A stretch of DNA of 64,000 bases from Klebsormidium nitens (taxonomy: Eukaryota > Plantae > Klebsormidiophyceae), in the NCBI GenBank assembly GCA_000708835.1, contig DF237253.1:43291-107290 (forward strand), in the 5' to 3' direction. Shown here in pieces: positions 63,630 through 64,000 of this stretch (its first letter is position 1; every line of letters starts with the position of its first letter). The notes beneath the pieces are model-generated. The model ran no database searches. It saw only the letters and a list, made by a program, of their open reading frames with translations, and was not told the origin of the DNA. Made by a program: the position numbers and the translations under genes.

Positions 63630-63920
63630 ACCCCGGGTAGGCAACTCAAGTTTTAAACACAGGGGGTAAGTTTTAAAACATGGCCTCTGGTTTTGTTTTA
63701 AACCTTAAGAAAATGTTTAAAACTTGGTTAAACCTGTTTAAAACCGGTTTTAACGTGTTTAAAACGTGTTTAAAACATGTTTATGTTTTATTTTATTTAT
63801 TTAATCTGAAACGGAGAGGGCGGCTAGTACTTACCCCCATGTTTTAAAAAAATCTAGTTTTAAACATGTTTAGACGTGTTTAAAACATACTCCCCGGGGT
63901 CGTTTTAAACATGGGGTAGG
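63630..63920. mobile_element. AT-rich foldback/MITE-like element built from TTTAAA(AC) palindromes
   Basis: More than 10 gttt(t)aaa(a)c motifs; inverted arms gggggtaagt (~63662) and acttaccccc (~63829); sharp AT contrast with the flanks. Confidence 0.5.
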
Positions 63921-64000
63921 TCAAATCCACTTTTCTCGATGTGAGGAACCCGATGGTTTTGAAATAAACAGTGAATTCCAACGGTTTCATCGAACTAAAA

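Overview
Eukaryotic, intron-rich DNA that looks like a streptophyte alga; Klebsormidium-like is an inference from gene families and intron style. I assembled genes by hand from splice sites and reading-frame phase. In order they are: an F-box/LRR pseudogene (-); a 14-exon extra-large G protein (XLG, +, about 2,620 aa predicted); a ubiquitin-like/SAYSvFN protein (-); an ERD7/spartin senescence-domain protein (+); a J-domain protein (-); a Cys-type glutathione transferase (+); an LRR receptor-like kinase with one +1 frameshift (+); a 5'-truncated LINE fragment; two divergent orphan spliced genes near a 622-N gap; and transposon-like motif clusters at the right end. No rRNA, tRNA or CRISPR array is supported. 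The main unexplained signals are three. (1) At about 9 splice junctions in three unrelated genes, decayed tandem 'echo' copies of the exon end plus its splice site sit in the adjacent intron. (2) The XLG is very large, starts with a zinc-ribbon exon resembling the EDR4/DUF3133 N-terminus, and has G-alpha motifs intermediate between canonical G-alpha and land-plant XLGs. (3) A UUU-UAA-C site joins the RLK ectodomain to its transmembrane/kinase part only through a +1 shift. Family comparisons are from memory; no searches were run.
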